In this document: in pieces, positions 10,633-22,177 of the stretch | Layout: every line of letters begins with the position of its first letter | How positions within the stretch are numbered: the first letter of the stretch is position 1 | NCBI GenBank assembly: GCA_047495785.1 | Contig: JBLDXI010000066.1 | Location: 682,001 to 746,000, forward strand | Length of the DNA: 64,000 nucleotides | Origin: Lepidodermella squamata | Lineage: Eukaryota > Animalia > Gastrotricha | Direction: 5' to 3' | Made by a program: the position numbers and the translations under genes | Notes under the pieces: generated by a model | What the model saw: only the letters and a program-made list of their open reading frames with translations | What the model was told of the DNA's origin: nothing | Database searches by the model: none

Positions 10633-13494
10633 CTAACCAAGAAAGGTAGGAAGAGGACCAAGAGGAAGCCGGCTATTCAGCAGTACGAAGGGTGAACGGG
10701 GTGGGGGCTGAGGCGACAGGCGGACGCTCTCGAGGTCCTCGCGCAGAGGCAGGACAAACTGGGCAGCATTGGTAGCATATCGCCGTTGGCACTGCGCAAA
10801 GAAGGCCGCCACACCTGGAACACGGCAGCGGCTTTCCAGCTCGGAGACACTAACGCGATCGTCGCGGCGGACGCTGAGGATCGCCCGAAGACAGTCATTC
10901 TGGAGGACAGAGAGCCGCCGCAGCTGCTGCTTCGACGCGGTGGAGAGGCAGATGTTGCCGAACGACCAGATCGAACGGATCAGCGTGAGGTACAACATCC
11001 GCCGCCAATGACGAGAAAGACCAGGGGCGTGCAGGGCACGCCGGAAAAAACCCATGTTCTCGTGGCAGCGAGAGACTACGTGATCGATATGAGCTTTCCA
11101 GGTGAGCTTGGGGTCCAAACGTACGCCGAGCACGCGCATCGAGGAAACTTGCGGAATGCGCGAACCGTTGAGACGGAGATCTAGCGGAGCCTGGCCGAAA
11201 GGCATGGCCTCGCTTTTCGCAGGGTTGAAGTGCTGGCGCCACTTTGACGCCCATGACGAGATACGGATAAGTTCAAGCTGCGTACAGCGTTGCGCCGCGT
11301 TGAAGGACCGCCCTTCGCCCACGACGGTAAGATCGTCGGCGTAAGCCTGAAGCAGGGCACCATCGACACTGGGCGCCGAGAGAAGGTCGGCAGTGTACAG
11401 AATATACAAAAGCGGAGAGAGCGGGGAACCCTGTGGGACACCGCAGTTAACCGTGACCTGTCGACTGAGGGAGCCGGCGACACGGGCCTGGAGGCGGCGA
11501 TCGCGTAAGTAGTCGGCCATCCAGCCAACAAGGTTTCGCGGCAGCGGCAGCAGGGAGAGCTTGTGGATCAGACCCGCATGCCACACAGAATCATATGCGG
11601 CCTGCACGTCGAGCCCAGCGAGGACAGTCTTCCGGCGACGAGACCGACTGTGAAAGACACGGTGAACAATCCTAAGGGGCACGTCGGGGGCTGAACGATG
11701 GGAGCGAAACGCATACTGCTCTTCAGGCAACAGATGACGATCATCGAGGAAAGTCGTCGTCCAGCGGGCGACGACGGCCTCAAGCAGCTTCGCATCAGTG
11801 GGAAGCAGAGAGATGGGGCGCTGAGATGAGACCAAGTCACGGGGCTTTCCGGCCTTAGGGATGGGGACGACGATGGCTTCTTTCCAGGCAGCAGGCACGT
11901 AGCGACTGCCAAGAGACATATTGTACAGGCGGCGAAGATGCGACTGCAGCACAGAACCTCCCCACTGGATGAAAATGTTCTGCACACCGTCCGCCCCCGG
12001 GGCCTTGAAGGGTCGAAGACGACCGACAGCGTCAGCGAGCAGCCGTTGACTGACACTGAATTCTCCAGGGCCAGGCAGACGAATCGTAGCGGAGCAGTGT
12101 AGATTGCTGTCGGCAGTGGAGTCAGCCTCCAACTGATGCCACCAATGGCGTGTGGCAGCGTCAGCAGCGGGATCGGAGTATGGGGACATCGGTCGCACAA
12201 AGTGGTCGAGCAGCGCGTCGGCGAGGGCCGTCGAAGGTGGCAAGAGCCGCCCATCGTCGAGCTTCATGTAGGCGATAGACTGAGGCTGGTGACGTTTGTC
12301 GAGGCGACGCAGGCGAGCATACGCCTCGCGGTAACGGTGCTGAGCAGACAGGGCTTCCACGTAGCGCAGGTTTGAGACATCACGCCGCAGTTGATGAGCA
12401 GCCTTGGCAGCGCGAAATTCAGCGTCAACTACCCGCAGCCGCTCGCGGAGGACAGGATCCACGTGACCGCCAAGTGCTCGTTCGAGGACTCGTTTCTTCT
12501 TCAGACAGAAACGCATCTCCGCAGACATGGCGATTTTCTTTAGCTGGGACTTATCGGCGAGAGGAACGTGTTGGCGACGAGCTTCGACGATTGCGGCGTT
12601 GATGGCGGCGCGATAGACAGCGATGAGACTAGTAGGCTCGCCAACAGCAGGAAGCGGGATTGCGCCAAGCAGACGGCGAAGAGTGCGGAAGTAGCCGAAA
12701 CGATCAGCGCGCGAAACATCAAAGCGAGGCGCCGGATCCGTGAGCTCGAAAAGGCGGGACGGGCCGCCAACCGGCGCCACGTTCAGTGTGATTGACGTGC
12801 AGAAATGGTCACTGGTGAGACGGTCGCCAACAGAGACACCGCCGGCGAGGAGTCGCAGAGCGGAATCATTGAGAATCCAAATGTCGAGCGTCGACAGCGA
12901 GCCAGTTGCAATGTGCAGATGAGTGGGCTTCGGCGACCGGAGCACAGACAGACCAAGGCGGTTAGCGAGTTGTTGCACGGAAAAACCATTGGAAGTCCAT
13001 AGATCACGACCCCACAAAGGCGACTTAGCATTCAGATCGCCACTGAAGAAACACGGCATACCGGCCGCAGTGGCCTCGGTAAACTCGGACTCTAAGAAGC
13101 GAAGGTCCAGGGAGGACGACGGAGGGCAGTAACCAGTGACAAACCGCACCACAGGGCCGTGGGGTGACGGAACGAGATCCAAGCGAAGCCATTCGCTGAG
13201 CTTGCTGCCGGTCAGAGCCAGCCGCCGCTCGGCGACCACGAGAGCGCCCTCCTGAACTAGAATTGCCGAACCACCACGAGCACCACTGAGCAGGAGGTCC
13301 TCTGGATCCTGTTCGCGATCACACCTAAACACTGCATATTTGCTAAAGACAACACTGGAGAGAGAGTAAAGAAAAGTTTCATTGAGAAAAAAAGCAAGAG
13401 GATTATAGGTGTCTAGTTGCAAGTTAAGTTCAAAGTCCTTATCATTGATACCGCGAGGGTTCCACTGGACGACGACGTGGGACGTACTAGCCAT
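10633..13494 (-). CDS. LINE ORF2: apurinic-type endonuclease + reverse transcriptase (953 aa from MASTSHVVVQWN)
   Basis: APE motifs QWNPRG, LNET, GDLNA, LDI, SDH; RT motifs KAPGADG, RPISLL, QYAFR, DVQAAYDSV, GVPQGSPLSPLLY, YADD, LGVRLD; no RNase H seen. Confidence 0.95.
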   Translation of the reverse strand: MASTSHVVVQWNPRGINDKDFELNLQLDTYNPLAFFLNETFLYSLSSVVFSKYAVFRCDREQDPEDLLLSGARGGSAILVQEGALVVAERRLALTGSKLSEWLRLDLVPSPHGPVVRFVTGYCPPSSSLDLRFLESEFTEATAAGMPCFFSGDLNAKSPLWGRDLWTSNGFSVQQLANRLGLSVLRSPKPTHLHIATGSLSTLDIWILNDSALRLLAGGVSVGDRLTSDHFCTSITLNVAPVGGPSRLFELTDPAPRFDVSRADRFGYFRTLRRLLGAIPLPAVGEPTSLIAVYRAAINAAIVEARRQHVPLADKSQLKKIAMSAEMRFCLKKKRVLERALGGHVDPVLRERLRVVDAEFRAAKAAHQLRRDVSNLRYVEALSAQHRYREAYARLRRLDKRHQPQSIAYMKLDDGRLLPPSTALADALLDHFVRPMSPYSDPAADAATRHWWHQLEADSTADSNLHCSATIRLPGPGEFSVSQRLLADAVGRLRPFKAPGADGVQNIFIQWGGSVLQSHLRRLYNMSLGSRYVPAAWKEAIVVPIPKAGKPRDLVSSQRPISLLPTDAKLLEAVVARWTTTFLDDRHLLPEEQYAFRSHRSAPDVPLRIVHRVFHSRSRRRKTVLAGLDVQAAYDSVWHAGLIHKLSLLPLPRNLVGWMADYLRDRRLQARVAGSLSRQVTVNCGVPQGSPLSPLLYILYTADLLSAPSVDGALLQAYADDLTVVGEGRSFNAAQRCTQLELIRISSWASKWRQHFNPAKSEAMPFGQAPLDLRLNGSRIPQVSSMRVLGVRLDPKLTWKAHIDHVVSRCHENMGFFRRALHAPGLSRHWRRMLYLTLIRSIWSFGNICLSTASKQQLRRLSVLQNDCLRAILSVRRDDRVSVSELESRCRVPGVAAFFAQCQRRYATNAAQFVLPLREDLESVRLSPQPPPRSPFVLLNSRLPLGPLPTFLG

Positions 13495-14559
13495 TGGACG
13501 ACGTGGTGGCTGGGGCGAGCGAGCAGAGCTTGACAAAAATGCGGTCGACAGCGTGTTCAACCAAGGAGAGACGATGAACAAACGACTCGTCGAACCGCTG
13601 AAGACGATCCTCCATATACCCGAAGAGTCGAGCACCATCCGGAGACAAAAATTGATGACGCAAAGCAGGGGCAGCAGGCGGGAGCTGGAGCGTGGGAGGC
13701 GTCCCGGGTTGGCGGGTGGGCCGCGGGCCAGCAAATTCGCGAGTATTCAACAGATGCGTCGGTCCACCCTGGAGATGGGGCGGTTTCACGTGGCGTCGTT
13801 GCTCACGCTCAGCAACTTTCACTTCCTTGGCTTCACTGACGGCGCGACGGCGGGCGGTCTCCTTAGCCTGGGCTACGGTAGGAGCTGACGCAGATCATCG
13901 GCGGAGTAAAAGCCTGGCAGGCGATACGAGATAACACTGCGCTTGTCGCGGGCGATATGAGGGGACACGGGCTGCCGAGGATCGGACTCGCCCGGACGGT
14001 GAATACGAAACTCGGACTTGGCGAAAGCATCGGCAGGAAAGCCATCCCTTTTAAGCAAACGGTCAGCGTCAGTCGCAGTCGCACACTTTACACGGAGACC
14101 GCCACTCTTCATGACGTCGACGGCAACGGGCGCAAGCCAATCCGCAACTCGGGCGAGTTCAGGCTCAAGCTGGCGACGATTCATAGTCGTGATGTTATCG
14201 ATGATAACGACGCGGTATTTGTTAGGGCTGGGAGCGGCGCCTGGCGGACCGCCGAAGTCAGGTGCAGCGGTACGCGGGGTCTTGACCTTGCGGGACACTT
14301 GGCGCCAAGGGTCCGTCGAGGCCCCCACAGGTGGTGGTGGTGGTGGCGGGACCGCGCCATCGACAACCATGCCCTCAGGCGGCTGCGCCGGAGGCTGGCC
14401 AGACGGCGGCACAGCGGAGCGAGCCGTACGCGCGGCCCGGATGGTGACGAGGAGCTGCATGACCGCCTCGAGTTCGTCGAGAGCGAGATCGGCAACGTTC
14501 AACTTCTTAGCTCGTTCCTCTTGAGTCATCCCAAACGGCCGCTTCTGTGGCAAGGCCAT
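13487..14559 (-). pseudogene. LINE ORF1 (gag-like), frameshifted near 13880
   Basis: MALPQKRPF... ends at LRQLLP*; a second frame (APTVAQAKETARRR...TTSSNG*) continues to a stop overlapping the ORF2 ATG; no CCHC knuckles present. Confidence 0.65.
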
Positions 14560-14781
14560 TCGTGACGGTTTGTAAGCTGTCTCAGAGCAGTGGCGCAAAG
14601 AGATCAGCAGATATAAATTGTGTCGCTGGTTAGCACAGACGAACACCAACAATTGTAATGTAAAAGCACAACCTCAGAAAATTTAATATTCAATCGCAGA
14701 TATTCGCAATATTCAAAAGTAGCCCTTAGACAGTTTTAGTCAACTAGTTCATTTTACCTTGACATGATGCGATTTGATGTA

Positions 14782-17457
14782 TCAGCATGAAGACTTCTGA
14801 CGAGTTGCACCTCGCGCCATCAGTAGCTTGGCAATGGCATCCTGATCCCAGCAGACAGCGTAGTCCAGTGCTCCTCTGCCAGCCCTACTTAAAACTTGTG
14901 GGTTTGCTCCTTTCTCCAACAACAATCGTACAGCTTCGATAGGCCCATAGCTAGCGGCCGTTGTTAACGCCGTTTCGCCGAAAAAAGTAATAGCGTTGAT
15001 TTTCGCGTTGCGTTGCATCAAATACCGCAAAATGTCGATGTGCCCATATCGAGCCGCCATAATCAATGCTGTCATGCCGTCGGTCTGCTCAGCGTCGATA
15101 TCCGCGTTACGATCGAGCAGAAGTCTCGCCGCTTCAACGTGATTATACGCGGCCGCATAATGTAGCGCCGTATAGCCATAGCGTTCCTCCTTAGCATTGA
15201 CATCAGCACCTCGATCCAAGAACATGCGAGCAACTAGCAGCCGCTGGTTCCGAAGCCGATTAGCACACTGCATCAAGCGGTGAAGCAGCGTCCCCTTTTG
15301 GTTAGAGCCCGCCCCACACGTGTTATAGGTATTGGGGTCACGCCAGTTTGGATCGAATTTGCGGTTTGTCGCAGCGTCAATCTTCGCCACTAAATGTCTC
15401 ACCTCGTCCACATCCAGCGTCTCGCCACAAGCAGTAGACAACCGCTCATAAAGCCAGGGAACCTAAATGGCAGGAACGACAACATATTACAAGCTCAAAG
15501 CTATAATTATACGGTGAAAACCGAGAGAAACGCACGATAGCATTGATATGATGTTTTCTGAATATCAAGTACCCAGGAAGGTTTTTTCACCAGCAGTACA
15601 AATGCACGTAAATTGAGCAGTTAGTATTTCCTGAATTTTCCTAAAATTTCCCGAAATTTCCTTAATTTTCTAAATGTTTTGTAAATTATGCTGAATATGT
15701 TCCTGAAATGTTGATGACATTCAAATTAGCACGTCAAGAACATCCATATCATCTAGTAACATTTCTGAGATTTTCCAAGTTACACGTTACACTGTATATT
15801 TTTGGCTAATCTATTGAGCCTAATTTCGAGCGTGAGCGACATTGTGTAAGCTACAACCAAGTCCTGGCCGGGCGAAAATTCTGAATATTACTGTAAGTAG
15901 CTATATTACAAATATTTTGGCTACAGCAGCATTATTTCCGGCTACCGCCAAGTCCAGTGCTGTAAGGCCTTCTTTTGACCTTGCCTCCCTATTCGCCCCT
16001 TTCTCGAGCAAAAGCAGAACACTGTCGACGTCCCCACGATTGGACGCGGCTAACAGCGCCGTGAAGCCGGTGTCACTCTTGGCCTCGATATCGGCGCTGT
16101 GATCGAGCAGCAGTTTGACTGCATCAGCTTGCTGCTTATCGGCCGCTATAATCAACGCCGTTTCGCCAGCTCTATTCTTAACCTCTGTGTTAGCGTTGCG
16201 GTCGAGCAGCATACTCGCTGCTTCGACGTGCCCATTCTCGGCCGCAAACATCAACGCCGTGTAGCCGTAATATTTCTCCTTTGCATCGACATCAGCGCCA
16301 CGATCTACGAACAGGCGAGCGATTTCCAGCCGCTGCTCCGGAAGCTCGTGGGCACACTCCATCAAGCGGTGAAGCAGCGTGCCGTTGTGTATATAGCCAA
16401 AAATACACGTGTTGTACTTATGACTCCAGTTAGGATCGAAGTGGCCATTTGTTGCTTGGTCGATCTCCGCAACCAATCGCTTCGCTTCGGCCACGTCCAG
16501 CTCGTCTCCTACGGCGTCCGATAGCTTCGCGTAGAGCAAACGAATCTATCCAGGGGGAAAAGTTCAAACAACTAACATTAAGAAAAGCTAAACTGATTAT
16601 TCTTAGCAGTAAGACATGGAATATGCCTTGCCTCTAGCCCTAAGCAGATCTAGTATCTAGTATCAAGTAGACTAGCAGCTGGTTTACCGTTCGGCCGCAG
16701 TCATATCCAGCCCAGTCGGCAGCACACTTACACGAGTTGGGAGCGTAGCAGAAGCCGCCATTCAAGCATTTCTGCTCGCAAACAGCTAAAATAATCAAAA
16801 ACGAATTATTGGAGAACTTTCAGCGCGAACTAAGCACACGTACGCAGTCTGCTATGTATCGCGTCATTAGTCGATCGAAGCTTGGCCAGCTCTTATGTTA
16901 GGGACAAGAAAATCAGCATTTGGGTTTTTTAGAAATAAGACAAATTCACCTCCTTGAGTTAAATTATCTGCGGAGCTTAGCTTTGCCAGCTCTAATTCGT
17001 GATTAGAAAGTCAAAAATTATTGACGCCCAGAAAGTATAGATGAATATAGAATACATACCCTCAGAAATCAAATCAAGAAGCTTTCTCAAATCTAACGAG
17101 CGATAAGGAAATCGGTAAAAATTGGTGTTGAAGTCCAAAAACCGGTAAACTAACCTTCAGGAACTGCATTATTCGTGGAATTTAGCTTTGCCAGTTCTGG
17201 CACAAGAAACGAAATGAGTCATTGGCATAAATAAGAGGAATCATATCGAATCTCTTTATGAAGCATTCAACTATTATTATGTTTACAATTTTGGAACAAC
17301 GCAAGAAGCAATACCTAATATAAGAGAAGAAAATATTAGCGAGTTACAACTCACGATTTTTTATTGCTGGAATTGAGGTTTCGACTGAACCCGAGACTGC
17401 ATCTGCAGCGCAGCAAATTGTCACGAGACTAAATATTAATAGGGCCGGCCAATGCAT
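14782..17457 (-). CDS. Signal peptide + 4 microexons + EGF + two ankyrin-repeat blocks; exons 17457-17355, 17196-17155, 17092-17060, 16991-16950, 16891-16844, 16785-16688, 16545-15910, 15462-14782; 560 aa
   Basis: All junctions GT-AG and phase-compatible (1683 nt); signal MHWPALLIFSLVTICCAADA; EGF CEQKCLNGGFCYAPNSCKCAADWAGYDC; ANK motifs GYTALHYAA, GMTALIMAA, GETALIIAA; neither ANK ORF has its own ATG (ORF track starts at TTG). Confidence 0.8.
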
Positions 17458-18833
17458 TTTCGAATTAAAATAGAAAATTCTAAACGAGAGAGCATTCTTA
17501 CAACAACAGGATATTCTATTCTTAAAAATCTTTCTTGAAAATTAAAAATGCGGACGCTCACAAAAACGAAACTTAACGAAAGCTTAGCCGTTAAAGGGTC
17601 AACCAGTTTAATGAATTATCAGCATTTCTGATGACGGAAAATGTGAGTAAATGTGTAATAGACAAGAATGTTTCCGGAATGATACAATGCGAACCAAAGC
17701 TGTTTCGTTCGATTGGGCCAAAGTTGATGCCAAAAATGTGAATTAAGAATGTTTCGATTGTAAATGATCTTCGGACGGCGATTCAGATATAATGCCCGTC
17801 ACTTCATCACAATCTGAACGCTGCGCAAATGAAGCCGTTGCGTTGCTTTAAGTAGTAAACAGTGAATAATACAGTTAATGAATTCTATCAAACTATTTTA
17901 CATGAAATTTAATCCACCAGGAATATTTTGTTTTTTACCGTGCATATTAATAAATTTACCATTTTTTAAATGTTAAATTATTCTAACCAATGGCTGATAA
18001 CTGGATGGATAATGCCCTTCTATGCTGCTTACATTGATTTCATTTAACCTTTAACCTGATCGTTGAAACAATGAATAAATTGGCCTTGCATCTGCCGACC
18101 GTGGAAAATAGTCGTTTCCGCTAACGATTATTATCTCCAATTACGAAGCGAAAGTTTAAAAATGAAAGCGGTAATATATGCCGTTCTGCGTTCTGTGTTT
18201 TTTTCATAAAATCAAACAGAGTTTGAAATGGGCACTTGAAATGTAAGATTTCAGGAATTTCGACTTTATCTGGGTCTCATGAATAAGACGTGCCGCCCTA
18301 GGGGCGCTTTGTTTGATTTTTGATGGCAATAATATCAGCTTTCTTAAATTCTGCGCCATGTTGCCAGTCCATACTAGCCGCGAAAAACCCTTCTTCCGTT
18401 ACTTCACCCCGTTGCACAAAGAATCAAATCACGCATGAAAATGTTTTAATGGGTGTGAAAATCGCATTAATATAATTAACACGACTAACATCACTCAATA
18501 TTTAGAAAATCGAGGTATCGCGCACTAGCACGATTGCGCAATGTAGGCGTTTGATAAGCGGCTAGACGCGGTAAAAGCGCACTGCACGCGTTAAAAATGG
18601 CTAAAATCCATACCTGCGAGGGCAGCTTAAGCTTGAGCTTGCGTTATTGCCTCTATTTTCGGAGCGCAAAGCTGCTTCATTGTTCATATGTAGGGCAAAA
18701 GTACGTTGTCTCCGCCAAATCGCGCGCGTGGGCAGGTGGCAAGAATCGACGAAGCGACGACTGAAACCGTGAGGCGTACGCACCATAGACTGAAAATTAA
18801 TGCCTGTACTTTCGCACTATATAGTCTTTTGAG

Positions 18834-21181
18834 ATGGAGAGTTTGTTAAGATTCAAGGTTTTCTTCGCATTGATCTCCGCTAGCTTGGAAAGTAAGTGAT
18901 TTACTGCGAGTACGTTCTGAGAATCTATTCTATTAGTATCTGTAGTACTTACCCTTTCAACTTAAAATAGTTGAATTGAATGTGCCAATTGCAATCAATA
19001 TCAGTGCGCGGAGTAACGGGTAACGGGGGGAATGGGCTCTTAGTTCACTTACCGCGTTTAGTTACCCCGCTTAATACGACACCCCGTTGCTCCACTTTGA
19101 CCCTCTCCGCTATTATGGGGGATAGTATTTGAACATCGGAAACCATCGCGTAAGCTGCGCCCAACCATGTTTCAGCGTTAAAACAAGGTGTTTCCTCGTT
19201 GGGGGTCAAGGGGATTAGTGGGTATCCCTTCAAAGTGGCGCAACGGGGTGTCGTATTAAGCGGGATAATACGGTATATCATGGAATGTTAACCTGGTAAA
19301 TTTATCAACGTTGAATATCAGTTAGAAGCTACGCAAGCGCCCAGTACCCATTTTTGTTTTTGTATTTGTTGTTCGTTGCTGTCGCCCTCGCGCACATGGC
19401 TATACTTTCCTTACCACTGATCGTTTGCAATTCGGATGGTAACCGGGCGCAAATTTGCAATCTACCGTTAATTTACGCATTTATTTTACCGAACCGACTC
19501 ATAATTGATGATATTTCGCCGTATTAATTCCAAGCAATAAGTATACAATAGAAATGATTGACAGATTTCCCAGCAACATTTCGCACGCGATTCGTATTGC
19601 GTAGTGCTGTACGTTACCTAATAAAGTGCGCAGTTATCGATGTTAGATGCTTCGATTTCGTCTACTGCACTGATAATTAATAAATAATTCGGACAATTTT
19701 GAATCAATCATTTTAAAAGTGTCGATTCATTTCAAACTTTTCTACGTATTTACCAGTTTGCGTTCCAGTGTGCCAGCAGAGAAATGGCTTTTGTAACAAC
19801 GCAACCAATACATGCACATGTCTGGCTCGATTCACAGGTACGGATTGCTCGCAAGGTTTGTTACTTATCCCTCTCGAAAACGTAATCCTGACTTCGGTAC
19901 CTACAGCCATCGGAATGCCGCTGTTCGATCCAAGAACATATTCGCCCGATTTTTCCTACCTTAACGACGGAAATTATCGTAACCCCTCGCCCCAGGCTTC
20001 AGCATTACGAATTTACTGCTATTTTTTGTAGAAAATAACTGGGAATATGCCAGTACCGCGGTCTACCCCAATGTCGGCCCGAACAGCGAGATAATTCTCG
20101 CCACGAGCCAGCTCAACAACGAAGCGAGACTGTCGAGCAGAAAAGTAAACTGCCTATTAAATATCGGATATTCAACATAATTTCATTTCTTCCAAGCCCT
20201 TTCTGGTTGCTGATTTTTCAATCAACGTGACAATGCATCTCGATGGAGCTGCAGGATCCACGCTCGATATATACTCGATATCTGTTATATCGAATTCTTC
20301 ATTCAACTACTCAGCATCTGGCACTTACAAGCCGATTGATAGCAACAATTTCGCCGGATTTAATTTTAAGTACAACGGCAATTTACAGCGCTTCACCCTG
20401 TTCTCGTCCCCATTACGAACAGTCTTAGGCACCTCGAATTCGGTGAGCTTTGGCAAGGAGCTCACCCGAGGCCGTATCAGCGTTGGCATTGTAGTTAGAC
20501 GTGGGGCGAAACTGTCGGCTGATGTTTGCTCGCCAACCCAGTGCTCGGCAGTTTATAGCGACATCGACTCGCCGGGGTTCTTGCCCATCGATCCTACCAT
20601 GGAACTGCCCATAATTCATGTCTTCGGGGGGAATTACGGCTCTTCGAACCCTATCAGAGTGGTAGACATACGCACGTACCTATTTTGTAAGCAGCTTTCT
20701 GCTCATTCATACAATAGCTTAATCGTGATTCCTATATTCATAGATGATAAGCCCAAATGCGATCCTCCGTGTAAAAATGGGAGATGCTACGGGTTAAACA
20801 TGTGCGCCTGCAAAGCTGGTTGGACTGGAGCTTCGTGCAACAGGCGTGAGTATTGGAGCTTCATAATAATACAAGCATTTAAGGCTCATTTTGATTTTTG
20901 ATTTCATCAGAAATTTGCGGATCTGTGATTTGTCCTACGACAGCTTACTGCACCGCACCGAGCACAAACACCTGCACCTGTTTCGACAAGTGGAGAACCG
21001 GGGCTGATTGTTTAACAGGTTGATTCTTTACCAAGTTAAGGAGATATGAATCATTGCTGATAATCGTTTAACAGCAATCTGCGACTGTACGGTGGCCCGG
21101 CGATGTCTGTATAAGCTGTGCGATTGCCCGGACGGTTCTCAACAGCATGATTGCAATAATCCGACGCTTGGTGAATTCTGA
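18834..21181 (+). CDS. Secreted multi-exon protein with EGF-like domains flanking a central beta-rich domain
   Basis: Signal-like exon MESLLRFKVFFALISASLE|gtaagt; EGF exons CVPVCQQRNGFC...CTCLARFTGTDC, CDPPCKNGRCYGLNMCACKAGWTGASC, CPTTAYC...CTCFDKWRTGADC; last exon ends PTLGEF*. Confidence 0.7.
19062..19269. mobile_element. MITE-like inverted repeat in intron 1 of the EGF gene
   Basis: ccgcttaatacgacaccccgttgc-ccactttga vs tcaaagtgg-gcaacggggtgtcgtattaagcgg. Confidence 0.7.
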
Positions 21182-21591
21182 ACGAATTGTTTTGAAATAA
21201 CAACGAATTATTCAATATAATTATGATGCAATGCTTGATATTCTTTACGTTATGGACTAATCTCCACTTCTCAATATTCATCATTCTGATCTATTGACAA
21301 CTTTTTATCAATAAATCCCTTCTCAAACTTTGATTGCTTGAGGTGAGGGAATTTTCATCAGAAATCACCCTGAACTAACGAGTGAAGAGTGAAAGCCATA
21401 GCTTGGGATGGGAAAAATTGCTGAATTTTCCCAAATTACTTGATTTTAAACAAACCTGTTGCGTTGTAATGCCGGTCCCTTATAAGTCGCAACTCATCCG
21501 ACATGTGCTTGAAAAAGTTGACCCAAATGATGAAAATCCTCCTTAATGTTTCATATTATCTTTTTATTATCGAGAATGCACTGTTATCAAG

Positions 21592-22177
21592 TCACATTCG
21601 AGGATGAGTCATCATGTTAGGCTTTCGTGTTGTGATCTTATCTGAAAAGCCGTCGCAGAAAATGGTCAGGGCTTGCATTATGGCATTGCACTTGTCCATT
21701 GGCTTCATTAGCATGAAAGTTGCAGTAGCAAGATTCTCCTCAATATCTTGAGAAGAGTTCTTAGCAGCAAAATGGCTCAGGCCACAGTTGTCAACGCTGT
21801 TACAGTGATCGCCACCACAGGTACACATAAACTAAGCAGCTAAAATAAATTTAAACTCTTGAGAATAGCAAGATTTTCACCTGGACAGATCCGCCATTTC
21901 TCGTATATCGAATAGTCGCTTTAGCTTCCATGTCTCCAATCATAAACATTTCGCAAGTAAAAGTATGTTGCCAGGGTACCAGCAGCTGAAATCCGGACTC
22001 TCGGCGGTATGAACAGTAGTCGCAGTTACTCAGTGTGCTAATATTGTTATAGGTCACCCTATTGCTTATAACGCTATCGGAATGCGAAAGCATCGTCCCA
22101 TGGTAACATGTAAACGCGTCGATTGATTCGAAGAAGAGAATGAGTAATAAGCTTGAGATCGGAATTAGAAATTTCAT
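21592..22177 (-). CDS. Ly6/uPAR (three-finger)-like secreted protein; exons 22177-21881, 21831-21592
   Basis: Signal MKFLIPISSLLLILFFESIDA, FTCYHG, CDYC, CTCGGDHCN. Confidence 0.7.

Larger units (their letters stand above)
10308..14660 (-). mobile_element. Non-LTR retrotransposon (LINE, I/Jockey-like), near full length
   Basis: ORF1 + APE-RT ORF2, pyrimidine-rich 3' UTR, AATAAA near 10330 and short (TTTATG)n tail; visibly more GC-rich than flanks; ends approximate, TSD not identified. Confidence 0.92.

Noticed and set aside
13495-13734. 80 aa N-terminal extension of ORF2
   Set aside because: Starts at TTG and overlaps the ORF1 tail; the APE domain begins just after ATG 13494.
10362-14565. 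Many overlapping ORFs on both strands in the LINE
   Set aside because: Shadow ORFs of GC-rich coding DNA; no motifs.
14782-16539. Two stand-alone ankyrin genes
   Set aside because: No ATG starts; phase-0 acceptors link them to upstream exons.
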